A stretch of DNA of 63,943 bases, the filler included, from Folioceros fuciformis (taxonomy: Eukaryota): NCBI GenBank assembly GCA_049999805.1. It is 5 parts of 5 records of this genome, joined end to end, with 100 filler letters (N's around TTAATTAATTAA, not from the genome) between each part and the next. Parts side by side here need not be neighbours in the genome. Positions count along the whole stretch, not along the records: positions 1 to 28,286 come from JBNGIO010006038.1; 4 more parts are not named here. One strand, given 5' to 3'. Positions 13,598-26,563 of this stretch are shown here, in pieces. The notes under the pieces are model-generated. The model searched no databases. It was not told the origin of the DNA and saw only the letters and a list, made by a program, of their open reading frames with translations. How positions within the stretch are numbered: position 1 is the stretch's first letter; each line of letters begins with the position of its first letter. Made by a program: the position numbers and the translations under genes.

Positions 13598-14176
13598 ATG
13601 GCCAATCTTCTGGAAAGGCAACAATTGCCAGAATTTCCATTTCCCTTTGAGGAACCTCTACAGAATCAACGGCATCGGCGAAGAGCTCCTGGTGCGCAAC
13701 TGAATGCAGCCAGAAGACTAGCGGCAGATCACGGCTTTGGTGGAAATGCTAACCCTAGGGGGTTTCTGACCACAAACCCTGCACCGCACACAAGCGCAGC
13801 ACAATTAGCTTCTAGACTGGAGGCACATCAGCAATATGTTGATAGGCGCTTTCAAAATATAAGTCAGAAGCTTGCTGCGATTGCGGTTGACTTACGGAGT
13901 CTTCTTGAGCACATAGGACACTTGGATTTTAAACTACTTGCCTTGCTAAAGCCTGCTCTCCTTGCTAACCCTGCCACAAGAGGCACAGCATGTAAGCCAG
14001 CAGGCAAACGCAACAAGCACTATAAGTTTGATTACCCAAACTCATGTCCGTCATGCTCAACCTATGCCTTCAATCGCTGGGAAATTAGAGACCAGAACAT
14101 AAGGAACATTACAGAAAGACAGTTGGTCAATCTACATGTTGCTGATCAGCAGCTTGACCCTGTCCTACCTCTGTAA
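13598..14176 (+). CDS. Extra ORF upstream of gag in copia A (192 aa; coiled-coil segment, CPSC)
   Basis: Intact ATG-to-stop ORF between PBS and gag. Equivalent ORFs in copia B and C. Confidence 0.6.
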   Translation: MANLLERQQLPEFPFPFEEPLQNQRHRRRAPGAQLNAARRLAADHGFGGNANPRGFLTTNPAPHTSAAQLASRLEAHQQYVDRRFQNISQKLAAIAVDLRSLLEHIGHLDFKLLALLKPALLANPATRGTACKPAGKRNKHYKFDYPNSCPSCSTYAFNRWEIRDQNIRNITERQLVNLHVADQQLDPVLPL

Positions 14177-14329
14177 TGTGGAAGCTGCAGTTTGCAGCTT
14201 TATGCTGGTGTATTCTGAACAACCCTAGATCCTTCAGCCTGTTAATCTGCACAGGGCAGGTTAGACAGGTGCATTAACACTTTACCCATAAAATCCTCAC
14301 AGTGAGGAGGGCTAACAACAGCTTCACAC

Positions 14330-17300
14330 ATGGGTGACGCTGCTAATCTAGCGGGTGAGGGGTTTAGGGAAAAGGACAGGTTTGGGGGGTCTGACTATGA
14401 CATTTGGGTCATTAGAATGAGAGGAGCATTACAAAACAAACTATTATGGAAATGGGCAACTGGGGACATTAAGTTTCCAGCTATAGTGCCTCCTGGAACC
14501 ATGCCTTCATCTGACGAGAAAAAGGCACAGGACGCTTGGGTCGTTAAAGATGAAGCAGCACAGTACCTTATCCGGAGTGGTCTGACGACTGATATGTTGA
14601 GACAGACTGCTGGTTGCAAAACCTCTGCCGAGATATGGATGCGGCTTCAAGACCTGTATGCTGGAACGGATGAAACATCTCAGCTGACTGCCCTCCGTAA
14701 TATTCAGACCTTGCGCATGAGAGAAGGAGATTCAATTGAGAAACATCTAACTGTTTTCAGATCTCTTGTCTCTAAACTGGAAAGTGCAGCACAAGAAAGT
14801 TTGAATGACTCAGCTTTGATTTTGCACTTTATGATGACTTTGCCAGAGTCATGGCAACATTTTGTTACCTCCTACAACACTTCACAGCTTCAGGGTCGCA
14901 AGATTGCAAAGGCTGCTGGAGTTGACCTCCCCAAGACCTCCTTCTCAGAGTTTTTAAGTGCACTTCTTCAAGAGGAAGTCACTAGGGGACAGTTTAAACG
15001 CCCTGGAAAACAGCAAGCCCTATACATTAACAACAACAAAGGCAAGAAGAAGCCAAATTTCAGAGGTAGGCAAAATACCTCTTTTGGTGCTGGCAGCTCA
15101 CAGGGAGCTACTGCACCAAAGAAGCCCAAAAAGGCAGGGAAGTGCCATTGGTGCCAGACTCCCGGCCATTGGGAGAATGAGTGTCGTAAGAAGATGGCTG
15201 GAGTTCCTCGCAAGGAGGTTAACTCAGCATCCCAGACACATATTGTTGTTACAAAGCACGGCTCGCCGTCAGCCCTTACTGTTCTTACCAGGAAGTTTAC
15301 TCCTCCCCTTATCAATCCCACTTGTCTATCTATGAATACACAAGGCAAACCAGTTAGTGAATGGTACCTTGATACTGGTGCAACTGCGCACATTAGCATA
15401 GATAGAAATGCCTTCATCACATACAAACCAGTAACAGATCGTTTTGTCTACCTGGGTGATGATAGCAAACTTGTGTGTCCAGGCATTGGGACAGTCAAGC
15501 TTCCTGTTCCCTCTGGAGGCACACTTGTGCTCACAGATGTGTATCACGTTCCTGAAATGACCACAAACCTCATTTCTGTTAGAAAACTCAATCAGGATAA
15601 CAATACACACATCTTGTTTACCCCAACAGAATGTAGGATCATTGATGCCTTTGACCCTCGTAAGGTTTTGGCATATGGTTCTTCAGATAGTGACCTGTTC
15701 AGGTTACATACTCATATTAGTGATGCTAAGGCTACACTTGCTTCACAATCTCCAGAGACAGTTGCTAAGCAAGAAGCCAAAGCTGTACTATGGCACAATA
15801 GGTTAGGTCACCCTCACAGCGCAAAGTTGCAGAAACTTGCTCTTAGTGATCTGTATGCTGATGGCCAGATTGGTAGGTTGCCACTCTTACCGTTATGTGA
15901 GGCATGTGTCCTCTCTAAACGCCATCAAGCAGCTTTCAAGAACAAGACTCCTCATAGGGCTTCGGATGTTCTTGAACTTGTTCACACTGACATATGTGGG
16001 CCTCTCTCTCAGCCCTCCATTGGAGGAGGCAAATACTTTCTCACCTTCACAGATGACAAAACAAGATTTGTTATGAAGCCGCTTACATTCTGAAAGCTAA
16101 GAATGAATGCTTTTCTCTGTTTAAGGATTACCTGAAACTTGTAGAACGTTGGACTGGAAAACAACTTAAAACCCTCCGTTCTGATAATGGTGGAGAGTTT
16201 ACCTCTGGGGAGTTTCAGGCATATTGTAGAGATGAAGGTATTGGAAGACAACTTACAGTTGTTTACACACCTCAGCAAAATGGAGTTGCTGAGCACCAAA
16301 ACTTCGTTCTTCAGGAGATGGTCTCCTCCCTCCTTCATCAAGCCTCCTTACCTCTATGTTACTGGGCTGAAGCCCTTATGACAGCTGTGTATCTTCGCAA
16401 CAGATTACCTACCACTGCTGTAATTGGCCAAACACCTTATGAAGCCTTCTATGGACGGAAGCCAGCCATTCTTCATCTTCGTACCTTTGGCTGCATTGCT
16501 TATGCCTTCATCCCTAATTAGAAAAGAACCAAGTTAGCTGCTAAAGCCCTCAAGCTTCTTATGCTTGGGTACACTGAGGGTATTAAGGCATACAAGCTAT
16601 ATGACGTACCTCGTAATCAAGTTATCTATGCTCGCAGCGTCACTTTTGATGAAGATCACTTTTGGCAGCCAGTGGGAGCAGTTCCTCCTGAGGGGGGGTC
16701 TCCTTCGAACATTGATTTTTCCTTGTTACCTGCTGTTACCACATTCCCTGATCATGATCCTGAGGAGATTGCTCCTGCAGGGGGGGAAGCACAGCATGAA
16801 CTTAACAATCCTGAACAAGCTCCTGAACAGCAAGACCTGCCACAATTACCTGACCAGGTCTTGGCTCCTCTAGATGTTCCTGCTGATTTGCAGCAACAAC
16901 CTCCTGCTGCAGATCCTCCAGCTCCTATTCCTGTGCCGCCAGATTTGTCTGATGCTTCAGATGACGATGCTGATCATGCTGATTCTGCTAGTGATGAAGA
17001 TGCCATCTTTGACCAGCCTTCGCCACCTATACAGCCTCCACAGCCTGCACTTCGTTATCCTGCCAGAGAGCGACGAGCACCAGATTTCTATCAGTCCGAG
17101 GATTTTCGACATCCTACGGCTAATGCAGCTATACCCTTGGACCCTATTGAACCTCAGTCCTATGAAGAAGCCATTAGCCGACCTGATGCTGCTGAATGGA
17201 GAAAAGCTATCCAATCTGAGTATGATTCCTTAATCAAAAATGGCACATGGGAGCTTGCAAAGTTACCTCCTGGACGAAAAGTTGTATCCTGCAAATGGGT

Positions 17301-18750
17301 CTTCAAGCTGAAAGTCAAAGCTGATGGCTCATTTGATCGATACAAGGCACGGCTTGTTGCTCGTGGGTTTTCACAAGTGCCAGGACTTGACTATTTCGAA
17401 ACATATGCTCTAGTCATGAAGCTTGCTACTTTCCGCATTATCTGTGCCCTAGCAGCATACCATGATCATGAGTTAGACATGTTTGACGTCAAAACAGCTT
17501 TTCTACATGGGAAACTAGACACTGAAATCTATATGCAACAACCTACAGGCTATGAAGTAAAGGGAAAAGAAGACCATGTCTTACTTCTCAAGAAAACCTT
17601 GTATGGGCTGAAGCAATCAGCTCTGGAATGGAACGCAGTCCTTGATGAAGAACTGCGTGCTTTAGGTTTCATTAAATGTATCTCTGACAACAGCCTGTAC
17701 GTGTACAGATCCGGAGGTGTGGTGTGCTACCTTGCAGTTTATGTTGACGACTTGATTCTCTCCTGTAACAGCCCTACATTCATCACAAAGATCAACAAGT
17801 TGTTAGCCTCCAAGTTTGAAATGACAAATCTTGGAGCACTTGAGAGCTGTTTAGGAGTGCTAATCAAACGTGACAGGAAACAGAAATCTATTTCACTTAC
17901 TCAGCCTAGGTATCTGCTTGAGTGTGCTGAACAGCTTGGCTTAAAGGATGCTAAGCCAGCTGCCACTCCGTTACCATCTGGACTCAAGTACAGCAAGTCT
18001 ATGTGTCCTGAAACACAGAAAGAAAAGGATCAGATGGCAGCAGTCCCTTACAGGAAGGGTGTTGGTAAGCTTATTTACGCAGCCAATACTACCAGACCTG
18101 ACATAACGTTCGCCACCAACGTGCTTTCACAGTACCTGGAAAACCCTGGACAGTTGCACAGGACAGGGGTTAAACGGGTTGTTAGGTATCTCAAAGGCAC
18201 AGCAGATGTGGGAATCAATTTTAGATATGTACCTGGGTCATCTCTACAACTTGATGTGTACACTGACTCTGATTACGCTGGAGATGTGGATACCAGGCGG
18301 TCAGTGTCTGGGTACGTGGTGATGATTGCAGGAGGTCCTATCTGCTGGTACAGTAAAAAGCAACCAACAGTTGCTACATCAAGCACGGAGGCAGAGTATC
18401 GAGTGCTTACCGCCGCAGCAAAGGAAATTGCTTGGTGCAGATCAGTCTTCAAGGAACTTGGTTTGCCACTCCCTACCTGCACAACCATAAAGACTGACAA
18501 CCAGGGCTCGATGAATTTAGCACAGAACCCTGTTTTCCACTCTCGCACGAAGCATGTGGAGGTGGAATATCATTTCATCAGAGACCTTGTGAAATCTGAC
18601 CAGATAGCGTTGGAGTACGTGCCAACTGCAGACAACCCCGCTGACATCTTTACTAAATCCCTCACTAGGGATATACATGTGAGGCACATGAGAAGTTTAG
18701 GTATGGGCAGCTCCGAGAGCAGTCCAGAAACCCTATCTACATCAGCTTAG
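14330..18750 (+). pseudogene. Copia A gag-pol polyprotein (one frameshift near 16070, one stop at 16519)
   Basis: CHWC..GHWENEC knuckle, WYLDTGAT protease, WHNRLGHP/CEAC/VHTDICGP integrase, YKARLVARGF and YVDDL RT, YTDSDYAG/ADIFTK RNase H. Confidence 0.95.
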
Positions 18751-18937
18751 CCTAATGCCTAATGAGTGGGAGCACAAGAGTCTCCAGACCCTTACAGAAT
18801 TCATCTACTGCTGGAGCTCGGGTTGTGACCATCAGAAATCACAGGGCTAGCCGTAAAAATCAGACATGAAGGAACTGTTCAGTGGATGAAGCTTACAGCT
18901 ATATGTAATCGTGAACAGCTCCTACAGGTTACCGAAA

Positions 18938-19531
18938 TTAGCAAACAGCAGCAATTTCGAGGGACTTACGAGTTCTATCGGGAGGGAAGGGATCGTAGGT
19001 GGTGCCGATTCCCAGATCATCACTGTCAGATCCCACAAATCCAAATTTGACGAGCTCCCTCACCAGCTGCCTGACCTCATCGACTTCTAAAGGAAACATT
19101 CGAGGACTCCTTGGGGGCACGTTTGCCATCATATCTCGCAGCTCCAGGACTTTGCTGCGCGTCATCTTCAGTAGTTCTTCGACTTCCTCACACTTCCTCT
19201 TCGTGTTAGCCAGGTGAACCAGGAGATTGCGATCTGCCTGCGTAGGCCAGCCCTCTGGTTTCTTCGCCCTCTCTACAGCACAGAGGGGCGATGGGTCAAT
19301 CATCGCAGGTCGTTCCTCCCGCGGTGACTCCCGCAGTCTCTTGTTATCTCTGCCACCGACACCGCTGCTTCTTGAAGACATGATGCCAAAGACCAGCGCA
19401 CCTGAAGTCGCAGCAGTGCACAGGATGGCAAAGGCCAACAGTCTGTTTAGATCGGAAACTGTGAAGAGGGCGCACTCCACTGGTTCTTGTACGCGCGCTT
19501 TAAAGAGGGAACTCGAAGCGCCTGATTCCAT
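18938..19531 (-). CDS. Antisense ORF in the 3' internal region of copia A (197 aa; alternative ATG at 19381)
   Basis: Intact ORF with helical, charged segments between pol and PPT. Same position as a disrupted ORF in copia B. Confidence 0.55.
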   Translation of the reverse strand: MESGASSSLFKARVQEPVECALFTVSDLNRLLAFAILCTAATSGALVFGIMSSRSSGVGGRDNKRLRESPREERPAMIDPSPLCAVERAKKPEGWPTQADRNLLVHLANTKRKCEEVEELLKMTRSKVLELRDMMANVPPRSPRMFPLEVDEVRQLVRELVKFGFVGSDSDDLGIGTTYDPFPPDRTRKSLEIAAVC

Positions 19532-19681
19532 TACGCCCCGTTGTGCTCCAGCTACTCATGTCTGTACAAAGGCGATGGGGAGTAACGCAGCAGACCTCGA
19601 GTCCATGGCTGAGGCAGCTAGAACACGTTCCCCTCGGCGAACTTAAGACAGTCCTTTTTTGCAATGATCAATAAGTGGGAG

Positions 19682-19853
19682 TAATGGAAGATAGTGTATT
19701 GAATCATTGCTTAGGGTTTCGTTTNNNNNNNNNNNNNNNNNNNNNNNNNNNNNNNNNNNNNNNNNNNNNNNNNNNNNNNNNNNNNNNNNNNNNNNNNNNN
19801 NNNNNNNNNNNNNNNNNNNNNNNNTGATTTACACCTTCTTATTAATTTTGTCA
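19682..19853 (+). repeat. 3' LTR of copia A (internal N100 gap)
   Basis: Both sequenced ends match the 5' LTR; followed by the TSD. Confidence 0.92.
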
Positions 19854-22323
19854 GTATCAACCATGGCTTCATGTCTTTGTCTATGCAATCTTATTGGGGA
19901 AATTTGCATGATGCAAAGTTGGAGGCATTAAGGATGAACAAGTGACTCCTAGCCTACGTCCATGGAGACGAGATCACAGCATTTCCAAAAATTGCAGCAA
20001 TGAGATTTTGAAGGATCTCATCATACAATCTTTCCGTAAGTGGAAAGTCCCAACCAGCACCACAAAGACCTTAAAAGTGAAGACCTTTTACAATATAGGT
20101 GAGAGCACTTTCTGTACACTTATGATTGACTCACTTATTGGGCAAAAGTTGAAACAATGTGATGCAAGTGACACAAGCTCGGACGGATTGGTATAGCAAT
20201 GGCTTCCATTCACTTACAAAAGACCTATCACAAGGGATGTCATAGATGAAATACTACCATTAGGGATTATATTTGAAGAAGGCCACAAAGTGGAACCCTG
20301 GGCTCTTCTAGCTGGTGTTATCATCAAAGATACACATTACAATGCTACTATCCTTGGTTTGAAACAACCAATGTTCTAGAGGAGCCTAGAGAGGAATCGT
20401 GCATTGCATCACGAGCGACTTGTCAAGTTGCATTTTGACTCTTGCATCGAACTATTTGACCGTTGTCAACAACATCATGTCGTTTTTTATTGTTTGATTC
20501 TTTTTCCTATTTGTGGTTCTTTTGTTTGAAGCAACTACAAGAGACCTGGTTATTTCACACGTCCAATGAGCAGTTTAATTACTTTGTTGTACCACATAGA
20601 CCTGGTGTTGCAACTAGCTATGCCTTGGATGCACTATGCTCGAAAACCCTAGGAGAGGTTGCTGGCGTAATAGATTGTGTGCTAACCATGGTGTACAAAA
20701 AGCAAAAGTAATGAAAGTAAAGTGTTTCAATGAAGTGTGCACAAAGTTGCAAGTTTTCTAAAAGTGGAAGTGTGTCATTTGTATTATAAAGGTATAATAA
20801 TACAATATCAATTTTTTTTGGATTTTTTCTCATGACTTGGGGAAATAGAGGAAGCACATTCATGAAGGCTTTGTCTTCACATTTGCATTTTCCATATCTT
20901 TCTTTGGCCAGCCTTTGGCCCTAAATGAAGAAAGCTCTTTTTTGTGTTTAAAAAGAGGACTATATGTGATTTTTGGCTATTAAGCTCCCCTTCTAATTGA
21001 GGGATCAACAATTAACTTTCGGTTTTCTAATGTCTTATCTTTCATGTCATCCAATCTACCTCCTTTGTACTAAAACCTAAAAAATCAAACCAAAAATACA
21101 AACTACAAAGTTATATATATGTAATTACTATATAATTGTAAGGACTACGAGTCTAGAGTGGATGGTAAAGAAATGTGACTTCGTAAATGGGTTTTCTAAA
21201 ATTAACTAAAAGTAAAAGAAATTTATGCTGCATAGTAGAAGACAAGGAAGAGGATATTCTGAGCAACACTTATGACGTTTGACAGGATGCTATGTTTGGC
21301 AAGATGGGACTCAGTAACGGAATAGCTCGGGATACATATCCCTCGTTTACCAAGGTGAGTTAAGGATTTGCGACCAGCAAGGAAGGGTGACCATGTATCC
21401 TGAGCTTTTTTTTCCAGTTCAAGAAATAGGCGTCTGTCTAATTTTGACAATCGCGGAGCTAATCCCACTTAACCTGACGTGCGCTAGAGGGCTCTTTTCC
21501 CGCCTCTCTTAGAGACCTTCCTTCTTTGCAAAGTCCGGAAGACACCAGTCTGGTTCATGAATCCCCTGGTTGTGTCGGTCCACAATTACCATGACACGCG
21601 GTACCCGATTGACAGCGTCAAGAATTCCAAATACATGTGACGCTTCCGCAAATAACCGTGTTGAGAACAGTAGGCAACTTGTGAGCACAATGGGCAACTT
21701 GTCTCCCCGGGAAGCACCTCCCTGGGTTGCGCGTCCTGGCTCATCTGCTGCCAAACACCGTGGCGTGTCAGGACAGAGAAGTGGCAGAGATTGCGCAAGC
21801 GTCACGGGACATGGATTCCTCTGAGCGTCCACCACCTTGCGCGTAGTCTCGTCTTCCCTAGGTAGGACCTGAGAAAGGAGTTCAGTCGTCCCACGCTGCG
21901 GTCCTTGTCACTCATGCTGGATGCACTCGCATCTCTGCCACGGCTACTCTCCGCCAGGAGTGTCCTGCAAGCTACTCCGCAACGGCTGTTTGGAGCTAAA
22001 TTCTCACAGATCTGGCAAGCCGCAAGCTGGATTGCGCACGGACAGTGGACCCTGCTCTATGGTTCTCCATGCTCGTCAGGTGGTTGATCTTTTGTGCTTC
22101 AGCGAGGCCGGTGGGATGTGAATTAACCTGAACTTGCTATGATCGGTAGCGTCTGTTTCGTCGCGCTGTCTCGGACAGGGAGCGGACGTGGACCGGCGGT
22201 TTCACCTATAAGTAGGCTGAATGCGTAGCTTGCACTCGGAATTGTGTGCCTCCGTTTGAGATCTAGTGACTGTTGAAGGATTGTGGTTTTTCCGGCTCGT
22301 CACAGGAGCTTCCAGTGTGTAAA

Positions 22324-23217
22324 ATGGCTCTGGAGACGCCACAGCGGAAATGTCCAAGCGTGAGTGAATGCTCGCAGAGTAGACAACGTTTGGTAGTGGT
22401 TGAGGATACTGGTGTAGATCTGGGTTTGAGTAAGTGCAAAACAAGCGTGGATTTGCCTTCCATCAGTGATTTGGATTCTGAGGAGTACAATTGCCAAGGG
22501 AATACGGCAAACGTTGGAGCGCGCCCTGGTGTTTCCCTGCTGAAAAGGGGAGAATCGGAGAGGTCAATTCGTGTATCCCCGCTTGCTCAATTGTTCCGTG
22601 ACAGCAACCAGGTAAGTTAGATTCCGTCTTCCTTTCCGCATTGGTTCTTCATTCAATTTGTTCCCTTGATTGGCCTCCATGATCTTGTGCTGCATCTTTT
22701 TTTTTTTGTGCTTGAATTGAAGGTATATGGTGCTCTCGTGCAGAGGAAAGCAGGATCACGGATACTCGTAAACGTCACCATTAGGAGGAGCCCTGGTCCC
22801 TTGAGAGTCATCGTGGACGCAGATGACAATGTGAAACAAGTAATACAACAGGCTTTGACAGTGTACGCAAGAGAAGGTCGGTTACCAGTCCTCCAATCTA
22901 ACAGTGATGCTTTCGAGCTCTACTGCGGGCAGGACATGTGTCAAGGTGCTTCTCGATCCCTTACTGGTGCACCATGCTCAGGATGCCTCTAAATTGATGC
23001 AACAGTTTAGTCTTGTTCTTGTGCTAACTTTTCTTTTTCAACTTCCTCTGCAGCCGTTCCTACGGAGCAGCGAATAGGAAGTCTAGGAGTGCGACATTTT
23101 TTGATGTGTCCAAGGGCAATTGCAACCTCCAGTGCTTGCAACCCCAGCAGCAATGAGCAACGTAGCGATTGGAACACGTGGTGGAAGAAAATGGTTGCCT
23201 GGCAAATTGTGTGGTAA
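22324..23217 (+). CDS. At4g22758/DUF7054-like plant protein; exons 22324-22611, 22723-22945, 23054-23217 (224 aa)
   Basis: RILVNVTIRRSPGPLRVIV..ALTVYAREGRLPVL..FELYC, then IGSLGVRHFLMC in exon 3. GT-AG introns in phases 0 and 1 give an open frame to TAA at 23215. Start codon uncertain. Confidence 0.85.
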
Positions 23218-25081
23218 CAAAAATCTCGCCTGATACTGAGGCTTGAACCATGCCCACCTCAGATTCAGTACTTTGATGTGACTCATGTACGAGGTTCGGA
23301 ATCCAAAGTAGGTGTCAACAGCAGCATAGTACCGTCCAGGTGCATGCCGTGTGGATGTCAGAGTTGTGATCTGTACACTATTCTTGCAGGTACGTTAGGA
23401 CGAATACATGTGTTTACGTTGCTCTAAAATTTATATTCATTGAGGATCCAAGGGCTGCATCCTTCCACACCTTCTGGTTGGAGATCAAAGCAGGTCGAAC
23501 CGGATCGCATGCCAAACCCCGTCCGTACCCCATCATGAAATAGAAGAGAGTAACTCTGCCCAGGCCACCCGCATTGGTGTATCTGGTAACTGAAAGAAAG
23601 TTTAATATTTTCACATTCGACAAGATGCTACCTATGCCACAGGTAATAAAGTAGTTGTGTGGCTCTATTACAGCCCCAAAACTATGTACGTTCCATGTGG
23701 CTGAAACAAAACTAAAACTACTTCCATGTGGGCTGAAACAAAATCAAAAGTACTAAAAATAGGGAAGTCCCCTTTAAGAGGGAGAAAAATTCCCCATTTA
23801 GTTTTGGCCCTCCCCAACCCTCCTTTCCCCCCAACCCTCCTTTCCGTTTTTCGCGCCAACATTTGGCGCCCTTACCGGCTATGGGCAATGCCTTTCACCA
23901 GTACATCCTCTCACTTTGTAGAGTAGCCACATTGTTTGTTCTCTATTGCAAAGATTGTCATGGTGTCATGTAGCATACCAGAGGTACAGAATCAACAATG
24001 GCATTCAATCAGCCCATTCAATCATACCTTGAAAGAATCTCTAGTCCCCAATCTTGTGAGAACCATAGCTACTTGTTTTACAACATGCAACTTACGGTTG
24101 GCAAGGTAATGAGACCTGGAGGAGGATGTCTGGTCAAGTCAAGAGCAACAACACTACAGATGTAATTGAATGTGGTTGGGGAGACTTTGATCATCTCTCT
24201 CCAATGGTCAGGATCTCCAGTTGGAACAATTATCATAAACAATTGTCATGAACTTTGCCCACCAATGAAGTGATCGTGGTTTGATGTAGTTTCTGAGATG
24301 CTCACGATGGCAAAGAACTAGTTCTGAGGTGCACCACCGGGAGCAGCGTTTCATCCCGTGAGTGCCCTTAAAATCCGGCACTTTTTGGCCATATACATGG
24401 TGTTATGGAACATGGAAAGTGCCCTAAAACTTATTTATCCAAATGGATTTGGGTGCACATGGAAAGTGACCCTTAGTGTAACATTTTGATAATGTGAACA
24501 AAAGTCGGATGGTTACACATTTCAAATTAGAAGAAGAATCCCTAAATACACTACAAATCACATAGATATTAGAAAACCATGGGAGTTGATGCTTTAGAAA
24601 AACCATGTCCTACACAACAATAAGATGTTTCTATTAAAAGATGACTTACTAAAATAAATATGTATTCACTTGTTGGACATTCTACATTTGCATAACAACT
24701 CAATTGCTATTTAAACATTTATATGCTCAAATTGGAGAACTTGTGCCCACCTTTTGGCCAATCTACAAACAAAAGTGATGCAACCACTTTATAAAATTGT
24801 TTGCACTCATGAAATAACTAGGTTGTCATAAATACAAGCGGGGTGACATTTTGACCCTACTGAGCTTGGCTCCGGTCTCCACAATTGTTAAATAAAATTG
24901 GGGTCACTAAAGGTTGGTAATAGGCCCAAAACTCAATCTTAGTTCTTTTGTTTTCCTGGGTAATCAGGGTTCAAAAATGATAGGGCCATCTAATCATATA
25001 TCCATTGGTTTATAATTGTTATAAGAGAAGCTTATTGTTATAGGGGAATTTTATATTGTTCAAGTTCACTTACTTAACTAG

Positions 25082-25745
25082 CAAAAGGGATTTAAGTTTT
25101 GATATATATGAGAACCTTTTATGAGTTATAGAGATATTGCGATGGAAGGCTTTCCGAAAGTGAAGATGTATGATACATATGTTACAAAGAGTACTTGCAA
25201 GAAGCATATGATTCTTATAGCCAATGTTTCACATGAACAACAACAAGAAAGGTTGCATACAAGTCCATGGTTTGGGATATTCATAGACAAGGGAATGGAC
25301 AAGACAATAGTGTAATTCACAATTATTTATTTTATTATTTACATAATACAACAATATAAACAAAGTTTTTAAAGCTTGCCAATATTGCAAGTGCACCTAT
25401 AGAAGGAATCTTCAATACTTTGGTTGAGCAATAGCAACTCTTTGATTTGAATATCAAAAAAATGAGTGGATGTGCGAGTGATGGAACATTAATCATAGTT
25501 TGCAAGGTCAAAAGCCAAAGAGATTACAATGTTGTGAAGTTTCTACGTGATATGAATTTGTATTTTGCTCAAAATGATTACGTTGCTCACAATACGGTGC
25601 TTGCAACTTCAAAGACAACGTCCAAGGTTCTCGACTTTGAGATGGCAAATAAGATAAGATTGTGAGGCAATTGTACGTTGCTCTTCATCATTTAAGTAAG
25701 AAGACTATGACTTTGCATGAATTGCAAGTGCATTTAGAAATGCAT
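25082..25745 (+). pseudogene. hAT (ZNF862/DUF4371-like) transposase remnant
   Basis: SPWFGIFIDKGMDKT (cf. SxxFxxxxDESTD), GCASDGT (cf. xSDGA), DYVAHNTVLA (cf. HCxAHxLxL). Many stops and frameshifts. Confidence 0.7.
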
Positions 25746-26563
25746 GAGTGCATTTGAGTGCTATCACTACTTAATTGCTTTCCTTGCTTATTTGCACATT
25801 TGTATTATCACAAATCCAAATTTGTTGGGACTCAGTAGACCCTTATTGGCCATAACTTCTATGCTTAGCTTAGAAAACTTTCTAGTTACCCAAGGTCTCA
25901 CTATCTCAATCCATGTTGGTTTAATTGCTACATTGCTATGGATCACCAAGTATTGCTATGGGGCAATCGGACTAGCCTTATGGACCCGTATTTTTGAGTC
26001 TTTGTGTATTTTAGATTAGATTTGTATGTGAATGCAAGACATGAGAAGTTAAATAAGGCTTACTAGGTAAAGTAAAATTAAAATCATATTATCATGTAAG
26101 GGAATAATTGTACCAAGGATAAAGTGAAGTATACATAGGATATGACGAACTTAGGTTTGGAGAACCGGAAGTGCATTAGACTTACCATGGGCTAACTAGG
26201 GGTATGATGGGAAACAACATATCTAATGGTGCTTCACGATCCATGGAATTGCTAAGAGCATAAAACATGGTATGCACCAAATGGGTGGATTCTTGAAAGC
26301 CTGTTTGGTGCCAATGACAAAAAGTGAAAGACTAACTCCATATTTGTTTAAGATCATTAGGGTTCACGGAATGGTGCTGCACATATGTGTGCCATAATAT
26401 TGTATTTGAAAAAACCTAAGTACACGCAAGTAAGCTTGCATTACTTAAGCCATGGAGAAACTCTAACAGCTAAAGTTGTAAGTCCAAAAAGTAGTGCACC
26501 AGTATACCAGCGCACCTAAGCTTAAACATTCTGGCTTTCCCAAAAGCAAAAGCTCTTGAAATC

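Larger units (their letters stand above)
12978..19853 (+). mobile_element. Ty1/copia LTR retrotransposon A, full length
   Basis: LTRs 12978-13227 and 19682-19853 (3' LTR gapped). TSD GTATC at 12973-12977 and 19854-19858. PBS 13228-13241. PPT AAGTGGGAG just before 19682. Domain order gag-PR-INT-RT-RH. Confidence 0.96.

Noticed and set aside
19860-20400. Coding-like fragment after copia A
   Set aside because: Interrupted, with no motif I can assign.
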